DNA of 64,000 nucleotides from Candidatus Latescibacterota bacterium (GCA_965248755.1 OZ252149.1:1792001-1856000); one strand, 5' to 3'; shown: positions 9,038-19,489, counted from the stretch's first letter. A program made the numbers and translations. The notes: a model not told the origin generated them from the sequence alone.

Positions 9038-10643
9038 CGCTTATCTCCTCAATCGGCAGCCGAATCGTGAACGTTGTCCCCTTCCCCACCTCGCTTTCTA
9101 CCTCAATTGTACCTTTGTGCTTCTGAATGATACCGTGCGAAATGGACAGCCCAAGACCTGTCCCTTCGCCCACTTGCTTGGTTGTGAAAAAGGGATCAAA
9201 GAGATTGGGGATGATCTCCGGTAGAATCCCAACACCTGTGTCCGAAATCCGAATGACAATGTGGGTATCCGTTGCTTCGGTCTCGATTTGAATCTCCCCA
9301 TGCTCTCGAATCGCCTGGGCTGCGTTCACCAGCAGATTCATAAACACCTGGTTGAGCTGCGCCGGATAGCAGTGGATTGGAGGGATCTTACCCAGCTGCT
9401 TGTGGACCTCGCACTTATACTTGAGTTCGTTCCAGATCACCTTCAGCGTCGACTCGATCCCCTCGTTGATGTCTGCCTCCTTCACGTCCGCCTCATCTAC
9501 CCTGGCAAAATTCCTCAGCCCCTCCACGATCTCCTTCACTCGCTGTGTCCCCTCAACGGACTCCGAAAGGATCTGATCAACGTCCTCCAGAAGGTAATCT
9601 AGATCCTCCTCCTGGCGAATCTCCTCGATCCGATCCAGCGTCTCCTGCTGATCGGTGCCATTTCCGGCCTGCACGGCCTCTGCCAGGATATTGTACTTGA
9701 TCAGGAGCTGCTTGAATATCTCAACATATTCCGTCAGGGTCCCCAGGTTGCTCATCACGTACCCCACAGGATTGTTGATCTCGTGAGCCACACCTGCCGC
9801 AAGCAGACCGAGGCCAGCCATCTTCTCGGATTGCACCAACTGGGCCTGATTCTGCTTGAGCTGTTGATTTACCTCCTCCAACTCCTCCGTGCGCTCCTTC
9901 ACCCGTTCTTCCAGACTATCGCGAGCTTCTTGCAGGGCCATGTCCCGCTCTTGGATATGTATCAACATCTCGTTGAACGATTCAATGAGGAGTCCCACCT
10001 CGTCCTGGCTGTGCTTCGTCGCCCGGACCGAATAGTTCTTCTCGAGCGAAACGACTCTCGCCGTCTGCGCCAATTGCAAAATCGGTTTGGAGACCACTTG
10101 TTGAAGTTTTGACGACAGCAGGAAGGCCAGAAAGGAGGACGCCAACATGACGATGGCACCGATGGCTACATACCTCTTTAAGCGAGAGTACAGCTCTTGC
10201 ATGTCAGCCTGGATGTAAACCGTGCCGATCTTCTCGTCCTTGAGAATGGTCCGTTGAAACAGAACCAGATGATCGTCTCCGAAATAGTGGCCGTCTTCTC
10301 GAAGTCCGGGCGGCGAGAAGCCCTTGTTCACCTCACCCCGATGGTACTTGGCGAACACCCTCCCGTCCTTCGCGTAAATACAGGCGGAGACGATGTGTTG
10401 CTCGGCGCTCAGCGCCGCCAGTATCTCCTTTGCGGCCCTCTGATCGTCGAAGGATAGGGCAGCCGTGCTATTGGCACCGATGATTTCTGCCAGTATCGAG
10501 AGCTCGCGCACCATAGCACGCCGAAATGTGATCAGATCGTACGCAACAAACGCTATGACAGCCAAAAGCAACGCGACGATACTGGTCAGCATGATAACCA
10601 TCGTTAGTTTTCGATTGATGGACAGATCTCGAAAGGTGGGCAT
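9030..10643 (-). CDS. Membrane sensor histidine kinase, CHASE8-like periplasmic domain plus HAMP plus HisKA/HATPase
   Basis: 2 TM; ILAEIIGANSTAALSFDD sensor motif; DEVGLLIESFNEM HAMP; AHEINNP, NLLVNA, DTGVGI, GTGLGL. Confidence 0.9.
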   Translation of the reverse strand: MPTFRDLSINRKLTMVIMLTSIVALLLAVIAFVAYDLITFRRAMVRELSILAEIIGANSTAALSFDDQRAAKEILAALSAEQHIVSACIYAKDGRVFAKYHRGEVNKGFSPPGLREDGHYFGDDHLVLFQRTILKDEKIGTVYIQADMQELYSRLKRYVAIGAIVMLASSFLAFLLSSKLQQVVSKPILQLAQTARVVSLEKNYSVRATKHSQDEVGLLIESFNEMLIHIQERDMALQEARDSLEERVKERTEELEEVNQQLKQNQAQLVQSEKMAGLGLLAAGVAHEINNPVGYVMSNLGTLTEYVEIFKQLLIKYNILAEAVQAGNGTDQQETLDRIEEIRQEEDLDYLLEDVDQILSESVEGTQRVKEIVEGLRNFARVDEADVKEADINEGIESTLKVIWNELKYKCEVHKQLGKIPPIHCYPAQLNQVFMNLLVNAAQAIREHGEIQIETEATDTHIVIRISDTGVGILPEIIPNLFDPFFTTKQVGEGTGLGLSISHGIIQKHKGTIEVESEVGKGTTFTIRLPIEEISDE

Positions 10644-10705
10644 ATGACTCTCCCTGAGGCTTGTTCTTAACGACAGTTTCGTCGGTTTCTCAAGTCGCAA
10701 TCAGA

Positions 10706-11308
10706 TCATGGTTTTGGCCAAATTCCAGTGACGACTTTCGCAAGGTCCAGGAGCCTCGAGCTGATCCTCAGTGTGGCTCGCTTTGCGGCCTCTACGTTGA
10801 TTTCAAAACGAACCTTGTTCTTTTTTGTTGTAAAATTGATGATCCCTCCGCGTTGAGCAAAACGTTTCATTTCGCCGACCGTTAAGACACTCGAATCTTT
10901 GAGGGTCTCTACGATCTTTTCCAGAAGCCTTTCCTCCGACGTGCTGATGAAGAGGATATGGCAGTCGTCCAGATCCTGACCCTTCTCGAATTTCTTGATT
11001 CGCTTGATCACCAGTCTCCTGTTATTGAGGATTTTATCCTTGACGGTCTGCTCGAGAATGTCGCCAAACGGATCCTCACCGAGAACGGCGAAGATTATGG
11101 GGTCGCTGGCATCCGCGAACGCCTCGGCTGGCCACTCAACGAACTTCACAAAGTTGTACAGAAAAGCTGCCTTGATCTGATACTCGCGGGACAACCTGGA
11201 TTCCGCGTGGGCGTGCGGCGTGTTAACTAACATCGCGCATGCAGCAACCAAGACGATTAGGCATAGAATCTTGCTGACTATAAGACACCCCTTACGAGAG
11301 CAGTTCAT
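10706..11308 (-). CDS. YfiR/HmsC-family (DUF4154) periplasmic protein
   Basis: Signal peptide; EYQIKAAFLYNFVKFVEWP, VLTVGE, GGIINF, VRFEIN, ISSRLLDLA. Confidence 0.9.
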   Translation of the reverse strand: MNCSRKGCLIVSKILCLIVLVAACAMLVNTPHAHAESRLSREYQIKAAFLYNFVKFVEWPAEAFADASDPIIFAVLGEDPFGDILEQTVKDKILNNRRLVIKRIKKFEKGQDLDDCHILFISTSEERLLEKIVETLKDSSVLTVGEMKRFAQRGGIINFTTKKNKVRFEINVEAAKRATLRISSRLLDLAKVVTGIWPKP

Positions 11309-11310
11309 CT

Positions 11311-12561
11311 TTAGAAAGTCCATTGCCATCCAATATTACTCAATCGCCAGTCGGTCTCAAGCTGGGGTCCGTCTAATGATTGGTAAAGAGGCAAACCGCC
11401 TACGATTGAGAATCGAAATCCCTTCAATGTGCCTTTTGGTACGTAATAACTGAGACCGAGCAAAAGATCGATGCGCTTTCCGCCCCGTCTATCAGGGTCG
11501 GCGGTCGGGACCATTCTGGGGTTCAAATCAGGATCGGCTCCGTGGATATTCCCCCATATCTTCCCATCGATCTGAACGGATGAACTGAGCCAGTCAGCCC
11601 ACCCGTAGACCCCCCAGGAATTCAGGTAATAACGATTCCCCAATCTATAATGGTTGCTGTTCTTGCCAAGACCGATCCTGGCCATCGTATGAGCCCCCCA
11701 AGCCCACTTTTCGGTCTGGCCGACGTATGTGATGCCAGACTTCAGGGCAAACGTGCCGGAACCCAACTGCATAGGATATGGCAGCTTCTGGTCCGGGCCG
11801 GCCGGTGTGTTGCCCTTCTCGTTGATAGAGCCGGTAGGAAGCCGCAGTGATGGCAAGAAAATAAAACGATGCGGGTCACGCTCGTAGAAGGCGTAGTGCC
11901 CCATCACTTCCACGTCGCCGATCCCCTTCGACTCTGTTGTGAACCGGGCGCCCATACGGTTGACATGATCCATCGACAGGCGTTTGTCGGGGAACATGGC
12001 CATCAGCGTAAGATTGTCTGTTACCCCGTACATGACATTGATCATCTGCATTTCCATACTCATGTTGATCGGGGCAACCATGAAGTCTTGAAGGACATCG
12101 TTTTCGCTCTTTCTATTGGTCCCGTCTCGATTTCCACCCATGCCCATGAACATGTATTTATAGCCGATCATCCATTCGCCTGCCAGATGGATATGGGTCC
12201 CCAAGACGTTTCTTAGAACGACATCCATGTCTATCAGTTCCTCAGGACTAAGCTCTGTTAGATCGTCCGGACGTCCCTGGTCCGGTTTGCGGTCGTCTGC
12301 CCAACCGACTGTCGTCACCGACGCGAGCAACAGGGCAAAGATGACGCTCCTGACGACGGTCAAACTCCGCTTAGGGTAGAGGCGCTCCGAAAGGGCCACG
12401 CGGAGCTCCTCCTCTCCATCCCTGGCGGTGAGGACGCGATAAAACAGGAGGCGAAGCAGGCGGCACAGGGCCACAACCATCCCTTTCCCGTCCTCCACAC
12501 ACAAGAGTCTCTTCTGTTCGTCTGCGTTATTGGGTCGCATAGCTTTCGCTCCAACCTGCAC
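11311..12561 (-). CDS. Outer-membrane beta-barrel ('transporter' / MetA-pathway-like family); true start probably near 12363
   Basis: Signal-peptide-like VIFALLLASVTTVGWA; HIHLAGEWMIGYKYM, GIGD, LPTGSI, LPYPMQLGSG, PLYQSLDGPQL; terminal F. Confidence 0.7.
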   Translation of the reverse strand: MQVGAKAMRPNNADEQKRLLCVEDGKGMVVALCRLLRLLFYRVLTARDGEEELRVALSERLYPKRSLTVVRSVIFALLLASVTTVGWADDRKPDQGRPDDLTELSPEELIDMDVVLRNVLGTHIHLAGEWMIGYKYMFMGMGGNRDGTNRKSENDVLQDFMVAPINMSMEMQMINVMYGVTDNLTLMAMFPDKRLSMDHVNRMGARFTTESKGIGDVEVMGHYAFYERDPHRFIFLPSLRLPTGSINEKGNTPAGPDQKLPYPMQLGSGTFALKSGITYVGQTEKWAWGAHTMARIGLGKNSNHYRLGNRYYLNSWGVYGWADWLSSSVQIDGKIWGNIHGADPDLNPRMVPTADPDRRGGKRIDLLLGLSYYVPKGTLKGFRFSIVGGLPLYQSLDGPQLETDWRLSNIGWQWTF

Positions 12562-12899
12562 TCTTGCCCAGTCCCTTGACGCTGGCTAACCTTGACACTT
12601 TCTCCACCAGATCCTTGTCCTTGAACGGCTTTTCTAAGATGTCGTCGGCCCCGGCTTCAAGGGCTTCCCTCAGGTGTTCCCGAGGCATAGCTAAGACGAT
12701 CAGAACCTTAATATCCTGTAAACACTCCATGCTTCAGACGAATTTGAGGACCTCGAGTCCACTCAGGCCGGGCATTTTGAGATCCAGTGTTATGACAACA
12801 GGTGAAAAGTCCCCAGCAGAGCTCCCATAAAGAACCCATCCGATGCGATCATCGTTTCAAATCCAGCTTTCGTAGCACACGCTGAATCGCGTTTGTCAT
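12527..12899 (-). pseudogene. Frameshifted receiver-domain gene
   Basis: Pieces AIQRVLRK / GFETMIASDGF / VITLDLKMPGLSGLEVLKFV* / EALEAGADDILEKPF are split by frameshifts and an in-frame TGA. Confidence 0.7.
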
Positions 12900-12980
12900 A
12901 GAAGGATCATCCTCGCCCTCCATCCAGCGGATAACCGTACCATCTGATCTCCTTATAAGCATTTATAAAATCCATAGGGT

Positions 12981-14216
12981 TCAAAGCATTCTCTCGATGC
13001 TGCGTTCGACTATAGCTTGGGCGGATGACAGCCAATCTTCGGAAAGACCAAATCGAGACCAGCTTTCGGAATTTGCACTGGGAGAACAGAAATTCCCACT
13101 TGCCCCGATCTCAAACTGGTGCACCAGAACATCGGCCACGTGCACCGCAGCAACGACTTCATGTTCTTCATCGCACAGGTGCGGTGTATGGTGCCACTGG
13201 ATGGAGTTCACTAAAAAAGATGGAAGGCTCCACCACTCCGCCAGATAGGCACCAATCTCCGTGTGTGTGGTTCCCATCACCTCCTGCTCCGCTTGCTGCA
13301 GCAACACCTTTTTCTGATGGGCAATGCCAATAGCCTTCTCGAATTGGTCGTGGAGGTATTGGTCCTCCACCAGCTTCCCCAGATCGTGCAGCAACCCCGC
13401 GGTAAATGCCCTGTTAGCTATATTTTGATCCATAGATGCTTCTTCAACGGTTAGCTTTGCAACGGTCCCACAGCTGATCGAATGTATCCAGAACGCCTTG
13501 CGGTTGAAGCCCCGTACCTCTGGTGCCTCGGATGAAAGCGACTCAAATACCGACATCGAAAGCACCAGAGCTTCGACTATCTGCATCCCCAGAACCACCA
13601 TGGCCTTCTTCACGGTATCTACCTGATACATCTGACCGAAGAAGGCGGAGTTGGCACAGCGCAGGAGCCTGGCCGAGATCGACGGGTCGCGCTGGATCAC
13701 CTCCACGATCCGGTCTGGGGACTCGCTGGACGAATCCTCTAAAATCTCCTTGATCTCCAAATAGATCTGCGGCATCGTGGGTAGAGATGGGTAGGAGTTG
13801 ATGATCTGCTGGAGCCGCTGGCTCTTCTGCTTCTGCTTCTCGGATTGGTTCAGGGCGTTCTGAATAATCCCTTTTATATCCTCCTCCTCCCACGGTTTGG
13901 ACAGAATCTGATGCACGTGCTCCTCGGACAGGGCCTGCGTCACCGTCTTCTGATCCGCATATCCGCTCAGAATAATCCGCACGATATACGGATAGAGGTC
14001 TTTCACCTGCTTCAGGAACGCCATGCCGTCCATACCGGGCATCCGCAGGTCCGAGACCACCAGGTCCACCTGATTCTCCTTCAGAATCTCCAGCCCATTG
14101 GCGCCGCTGTCCGCAAAGATCAGATTCCAGTCCTCCTTGCGAAGCAGGCGCCGAAGCGAGGTTAGTATGCTCTGCTCATCGTCCACGAAGAGTATGGTCT
14201 TACTTTCATCGGCCAT
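12981..14216 (-). CDS. REC-HDOD response regulator
   Basis: ILFVDDE, SDLRMPGMDG, SKPW; LPTMP, DPSISARLL..ANS, FWIHS, GLLHDLGK, THTEIG. Confidence 0.92.
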   Translation of the reverse strand: MADESKTILFVDDEQSILTSLRRLLRKEDWNLIFADSGANGLEILKENQVDLVVSDLRMPGMDGMAFLKQVKDLYPYIVRIILSGYADQKTVTQALSEEHVHQILSKPWEEEDIKGIIQNALNQSEKQKQKSQRLQQIINSYPSLPTMPQIYLEIKEILEDSSSESPDRIVEVIQRDPSISARLLRCANSAFFGQMYQVDTVKKAMVVLGMQIVEALVLSMSVFESLSSEAPEVRGFNRKAFWIHSISCGTVAKLTVEEASMDQNIANRAFTAGLLHDLGKLVEDQYLHDQFEKAIGIAHQKKVLLQQAEQEVMGTTHTEIGAYLAEWWSLPSFLVNSIQWHHTPHLCDEEHEVVAAVHVADVLVHQFEIGASGNFCSPSANSESWSRFGLSEDWLSSAQAIVERSIERML

Positions 14217-14338
14217 CGCTTGATCCTCCGATCCACTTCCATCCCATGGGCTCTGGATCAACTCTCCAGCCTCCAGCTATGTTCTGCACGTTCCCCTATC
14301 CATATTCCCTTACTGATATGACTATTATTTCTTTATCT

Positions 14339-14487
14339 AATATACGTATCATGTTTTTCCTGTCAACCATTTTGTAATCATCAACATATATATACTACAA
14401 TATAAGATAAATGATATAGTATTCATAAACAATTCTATAAATACTATATAAAAAGAAAGCCTGCCATTTCTGACGTACTGTTTGTTC
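14339..14487 (-). repeat. Copy 2 of the terminator-plus-promoter module; includes TTGACA-N16-TATATT for REC-HDOD
   Basis: Aligns with 2105-2243. Confidence 0.85.
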
Positions 14488-14768
14488 GGGGACGACTGTC
14501 GGGCTGTGCGTAGGTCTGATAGCGCACAACCTTCTAAAAGAGAAACCCACATTTGGCAATATGCCCCTAAATCATTTGTTTATCTTTCATAGCCGATTCC
14601 TTTGCATCAAAGGGTGAAGACCGGTCAATCCACACTTGCCCACCAGAAATTTTCCTCGCCAGCAGCAGAGAGGATTGTTTTGTGCCCGATATGGCTACAG
14701 AGCTACTAATAGTCAGTGTGGCGATTGCAGTTTTTCCACTACATTGCCTAAAGTTTTCAAACTTTTCC

Positions 14769-14797
14769 TTGACAAACCCTGAGATCGTTGGTATATT
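14769..14797 (+). promoter_or_regulatory. Sigma70 promoter of glnK-amtB
   Basis: TTGACA (14769-14774)-N17-TATATT (14792-14797) with an extended -10 TG. Confidence 0.75.
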
Positions 14798-14800
14798 AAC

Positions 14801-14833
14801 TGATAATTATTCTAAAAGAAGTAATAATTATCA
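14801..14833. promoter_or_regulatory. Perfect 11-11-11 inverted repeat, candidate operator
   Basis: TGATAATTATT-N11-AATAATTATCA overlapping the predicted transcription start. Confidence 0.6.
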
Positions 14834-14837
14834 ATAA

Positions 14838-15209
<372 letters not shown>

Positions 15210-15255
15210 AAGATAGATCGGGTTGGACCGATTCTTGAGAAAGGAGAGTGTATCT

Positions 15256-16656
15256 ATGAATCCAAAGACGTTGAAATGGACATATATGCTTGGTTGTCTG
15301 GCCGTAATGCTCCTTCTGATTCCCGTTGCAGCAGGAGGGGCAGATCCGAGCGGTGAGGCGACCTTTACGGACAACATTGAGGGGTTGAAAACCTCGATAA
15401 ACTTTACGTGGACGCTTGTAGCTGCATTTTTAGTGTTCTTCATGCAGGCCGGCTTTGCCTTTTTAGGGGCGGGATTAATCCGTGCAAAAAGCACGCTGAA
15501 TTACCTGACCAAAAGCTACATGGATTTTTCTGCAGGGGCCATCTCGTATTGGGCTTTAGGGTTTGCCCTGATGTTCGGAGGGTCGGAGGCGTACTCCGGG
15601 CTTGGCTATGGAAACCGATTCTTCGGCATGAGCGGTTTCTTTTTAGTAGGCGAGTCATACGATGTAAGTACCCTTATGTTCTGGCTATTTCAGATGGTCT
15701 TCGCTGCCACGGCTGCTACCATAGTCGCAGGAGCGGTAGCTGAAAGGTTAAAGTTTCAGGCTTATCTCATTTACAGCTTCGTGATATGCGCCGTAATCTA
15801 CCCGATCTACGGCCACTGGGTGTGGGGAGGCGGATGGCTCTCAGATCTTTCCTCCTTCTTAACATTTCTACCAGAAGGAACGGGAGCACTGGACTTTGCA
15901 GGTTCCTCCGTCGTTCATGCTGTGGGAGGATTAGTAGCGTTAGCAGGAGCCAAGGCCGTCGGTCCCCGGATTGGCAAATATAACGAAGACGGTACCCCGA
16001 ATGCCATACCGGGGCATAATATGGTATATGTGATCGCAGGGACGTTCATACTCTTTTTCGGATGGTTCGGCTTTAACGCGGGGAGCACTTTAGCTGCCAC
16101 CGATCTCAGAATATCTGTCATCGCCGTCAATACGTTCCTGGCCGGATCAGTAGGGGCGACAGTGGTCATATATTTCACGTACATCAGAACCAGAAAAGCG
16201 GACATACTCTTGGCCTGCAACGGGGCCTTGGCCGGACTTGTGGCTATCACAGCACCGTGCGCGTGGGTAGCACCCTGGGCAGCAGTAGTGATAGGGGCTA
16301 TAGCCGGGCTGTTGATGATGGCAAGCGTCCATTTTGTGGAGTACAAGCTGAAAGTAGATGACCCTGTGGGAGCCATCTCAGTCCACGGTACGAACGGACT
16401 CTGGGGAATCTTGGCCGTGGGGATATTCGCCGATGGAACCTACGGCGGCGTCAAGGGAGTCATAATGGGCGAGTGGGGACAACTTATCGCTCAGATCATA
16501 ACCTGCATCACCGTAACTGCCTGGGCGCTGATCACGGGATTTGCTCTCTTTCTCATACTCAAACACACCATTGGGATCAGAGTCTCTCCGGAGGAGGAGC
16601 TACAGGGATTAGATGTCCACGAGCACGGCATCGAGTGCTATCCTGCGGCGACATAG
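15256..16656 (+). CDS. amtB: Ammonium transporter
   Basis: FMQAGF, FQMVFA, GAVAER, HWVWGGGWL, DFAGSSVVH, GWFGFNAGS, DDPVGAISVHG. Confidence 0.96.
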   Translation: MNPKTLKWTYMLGCLAVMLLLIPVAAGGADPSGEATFTDNIEGLKTSINFTWTLVAAFLVFFMQAGFAFLGAGLIRAKSTLNYLTKSYMDFSAGAISYWALGFALMFGGSEAYSGLGYGNRFFGMSGFFLVGESYDVSTLMFWLFQMVFAATAATIVAGAVAERLKFQAYLIYSFVICAVIYPIYGHWVWGGGWLSDLSSFLTFLPEGTGALDFAGSSVVHAVGGLVALAGAKAVGPRIGKYNEDGTPNAIPGHNMVYVIAGTFILFFGWFGFNAGSTLAATDLRISVIAVNTFLAGSVGATVVIYFTYIRTRKADILLACNGALAGLVAITAPCAWVAPWAAVVIGAIAGLLMMASVHFVEYKLKVDDPVGAISVHGTNGLWGILAVGIFADGTYGGVKGVIMGEWGQLIAQIITCITVTAWALITGFALFLILKHTIGIRVSPEEELQGLDVHEHGIECYPAAT

Positions 16657-16748
16657 AATTTCACACGGACAAAACGAAGGAGTCAGAAATTAGGGCAGAC
16701 ACAAAGAGTCTGCCCCTTCATTCCACTACCAAACGGGAGGGACCTCTA

Positions 16749-17765
16749 ATGTCATACAATTTCTGGAAGACAGCACAGCTTTTTGCGATATCGCTATCTG
16801 TAATAATCCTCTTTTCAACGTCCGAAGCAGGGGAGGATGAAGCTTTTCAAATCAGCGGATTCGTAGATGCAAGCTATTTTGTAGATAGCAATGACGAAAA
16901 CAGCTTCTTCGGTCTGGATCAGGCCGAGGTGGATGTGACAAAATCGTTTCAGGACAGAGCCAGCCTCAGGGCAGATATAGACTATACTAACGACGGAGAA
17001 GGTGGGTTTTCTGCCGATTTGGAACAGGGCTATCTTTCGGTCTCCGCCGACTGGGGCGACGGAGTGAACTTTACGTTCGGCAAATTCAACATCCCTATGG
17101 GCTTTGAATTGCTCGACGCTGTAGATATGTATCAGTTCTCACATTCACTGCTCTTCAACTATGCCATTCCGACAAACGTCACAGGCCTGATGATCTCTCC
17201 AACCATCTCTGACAAGCTGGATCTGTCGTTATATGTCGTAAACGGTTGGGACGTCAACAACGACAACAACAAGGACAAAACCTTCGGCGGACGCCTGGGC
17301 ATAACGCCTAAAGAGGGCGTAAACTTCGGACTTTCGGGGATCATCGGAGCTGAGAAGAACGACAACGGTGACGACCTTCGCTCCGTGTTCGATCTGGACA
17401 TTACCATTACTACCGTGGAGAACTTAACGTTGGGTGGTGAGTTCAATATCGGAAGCGAGGAAATAGGAGACGAAAGCGGAAACTGGACAGGCGTAATGGT
17501 GATGGCTCACTACTACTACAGCGATTGGGCTGGCATAACGGGCAGGTTCGATCTTCTGGACGATGACGACGGCCTTCGGCTACCGGAGGGGATAAGCCAG
17601 CAGAGGATCTCCATCACAGTAGCTCCGACCTTTACTGTTGCGGATGGAGCCGGAATCCTCCTGGAATACCGTTTCGACAAATCGGACGAGGAGGTATTCG
17701 TCGAAGAAGATGGGAAAACAGATAATAACAGCACTATAGCTCTGGAGTTTACGTACGCATTCTGA
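16749..17765 (+). CDS. Putative outer-membrane beta-barrel porin (BBP2/DUF3138-like), in operon with amtB
   Basis: Signal peptide; ISGFVDASY, GKFNIPMGFE, YQFSHSLLF, NGWD; terminal YAF. Confidence 0.8.
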   Translation: MSYNFWKTAQLFAISLSVIILFSTSEAGEDEAFQISGFVDASYFVDSNDENSFFGLDQAEVDVTKSFQDRASLRADIDYTNDGEGGFSADLEQGYLSVSADWGDGVNFTFGKFNIPMGFELLDAVDMYQFSHSLLFNYAIPTNVTGLMISPTISDKLDLSLYVVNGWDVNNDNNKDKTFGGRLGITPKEGVNFGLSGIIGAEKNDNGDDLRSVFDLDITITTVENLTLGGEFNIGSEEIGDESGNWTGVMVMAHYYYSDWAGITGRFDLLDDDDGLRLPEGISQQRISITVAPTFTVADGAGILLEYRFDKSDEEVFVEEDGKTDNNSTIALEFTYAF

Positions 17766-17904
17766 GCGTGGCAGGCTTATAAACAAATGGGGGGTCTAAG
17801 CTTGTAATCGGTGCTAAGTAAAGGAGGAATGAACGCCATACAGGGAGCACATAATCAAATTCGTCCTGAGCTCTCACGATACAGCCTGTAGCTTCCCCCC
17901 ATTT

Positions 17905-18027
17905 TCACTTTCTGCTCTGTCTGCTCTTTAATTTCATCTTCCACTCCACGGCTGAAATCAGGATCATCACAGCCGCAAAGAAGGATACAACAAATAGATC
18001 GCTGTTCATCCATCCTAGAATGTCCAT
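17905..18027 (-). CDS. 40-aa single-TM peptide, not in the ORF track
   Basis: MDILGWMNSDLFVVSFFAAVMILISAVEWKMKLKSRQSRK with purine-rich RBS. Confidence 0.45.
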   Translation of the reverse strand: MDILGWMNSDLFVVSFFAAVMILISAVEWKMKLKSRQSRK

Positions 18028-18595
18028 CGGTCTTCCCTTTCTTCCCCCCCTCCCTATTCGCCCCCACTTACTCTTTCTACCTTCTAAGACGATTTATCGG
18101 CGCTTGAGTTTCATATTGGAGCTGTGATTTTGCCGGCGTTACGAGTTACGACCAAGATCCCTACACTTATCTATCGTCCTCAAAGGTTGCAAGGCGTAAA
18201 AGATGAAGTTGTAGAACATAGCTACTTCTACTCCAGCGTCTTTTAAGCTTTCAAGTGCTCTTGTGAGTTTATCTTCACCGCGACAGAATAGAGGCCTGGG
18301 CTTATGAGCAAGAAAAGGGTGGATATGTGGTAGCTTAAGGCCAAGAAGATTCGTTGATCCCCACCGTCCCAGCGATGGTATCCAACGCCTTTCCCTTTTC
18401 CATTTAAAGTTGCGCTCATCTTCCTATTTCACATTGAAATGTCCCCCAGCCTGCATTTTAAAATGGAGATGCAGGCTGTAATATTATTACTTACCTCCAC
18501 CAGCATCACGATTACACAAGTATAAGCACTGATCAATAAGAAATAGTCCCTTTTTTTCTGCTTCAAAAGCTGGCCGAAGAAATCTCCACACCTTT

Positions 18596-18611
18596 TGGCA
18601 TAAAACTTGCA
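18596..18611 (+). promoter_or_regulatory. Candidate sigma54 (-24/-12) promoter
   Basis: TGGCATAAAACTTGCA has exact GG-N10-GC spacing, about 95 nt upstream of the DUF5069 gene. Confidence 0.55.
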
Positions 18612-18706
18612 CTACATACTAGCAGGTATCGAGGTAATGCATTCTATATTAATAAGATCGAAGGTTAAATTCAAACTTTCAACATTCACTACAGGAGGCA
18701 CATCAG

Positions 18707-19168
18707 ATGGACTTAACCAAACAGTATCCCAGGAGTCCTTACGAGAAGTTGGGACCTTACATATTCTTGGCCCGCACCCTGGACAAAAGCCGGGCGTACA
18801 ATGCGGCGACGTTGGGAGAGTATACATACAATTGTTCTAACGATGTCATAGTGTTCAAGTTTTTGGGAATTAACCACGAAGAGTTTGCCGAAGCTGCAAA
18901 GGAGAGAAAAGCAGACGAGGAGATGCTCTCGTGGGTCGATGAGAACGCTGAAAATAAGCACTCCTCGGAAGAGATTGAGGCTTTCAACAAAAAGTTTCAG
19001 GACAGAAAGCCTGACACTCCGGAAAAACAGGAATATTTTAACGAACTGCTTATGGACCTAGCTCCGGGGCGGACTGATATTAAGACGTGGTTCGATCTTA
19101 TAGATGCCGATGAGGGACGCAATGTGGTACGGTCAGATTGCCCTTTTCGATCTTCGGTAGCAGCTTGA
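18707..19168 (+). CDS. DUF5069-domain protein, copy 1
   Basis: MDLTKQYPRSPYEKLG...LARTLDK.RA...LGEY.YNC...FLGI...TWFDLIDADEGR. Confidence 0.85.
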   Translation: MDLTKQYPRSPYEKLGPYIFLARTLDKSRAYNAATLGEYTYNCSNDVIVFKFLGINHEEFAEAAKERKADEEMLSWVDENAENKHSSEEIEAFNKKFQDRKPDTPEKQEYFNELLMDLAPGRTDIKTWFDLIDADEGRNVVRSDCPFRSSVAA

Positions 19169-19222
19169 GCGAAATAACCGCCTTCTGAGACGGTGTTAAA
19201 CGCCGGCGCTTCAGGTTCGTTG
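19140..19222 (-). pseudogene. Remnant of a ParB-like N-terminal-domain gene
   Basis: NLKRRRLTPSQKAVISLKL resembles the NLxRRHLTxxQR motif. Confidence 0.35.
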
Positions 19223-19489
19223 AGAGTCTAACTCTTGGCGATTGTTGCTCTCATGATCTCTTTTTAGTCTGCTAAACGCTGGGCCTTAGATAACTAATCT
19301 TTTGTGATTACCAATTCTTTGAAGATCGTTCCAAAAAAGCTCGAAGTAATACCATATGTTCCTGGCTTAACCTGTATTTGGCATTTTCGGGTAATTTTTA
19401 CATGGTAACTATTTCACAGGGCCTTTACATATCTGCTAACAATAATATCTTATTGATGACGACCGCTAAAGGTAGAAAGGCATCAGATA

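Noticed and set aside
17829..17891. 20-codon ORF after AAGGAGG
   Set aside because: RBS-to-ATG spacing is too short and the peptide is unrecognisable
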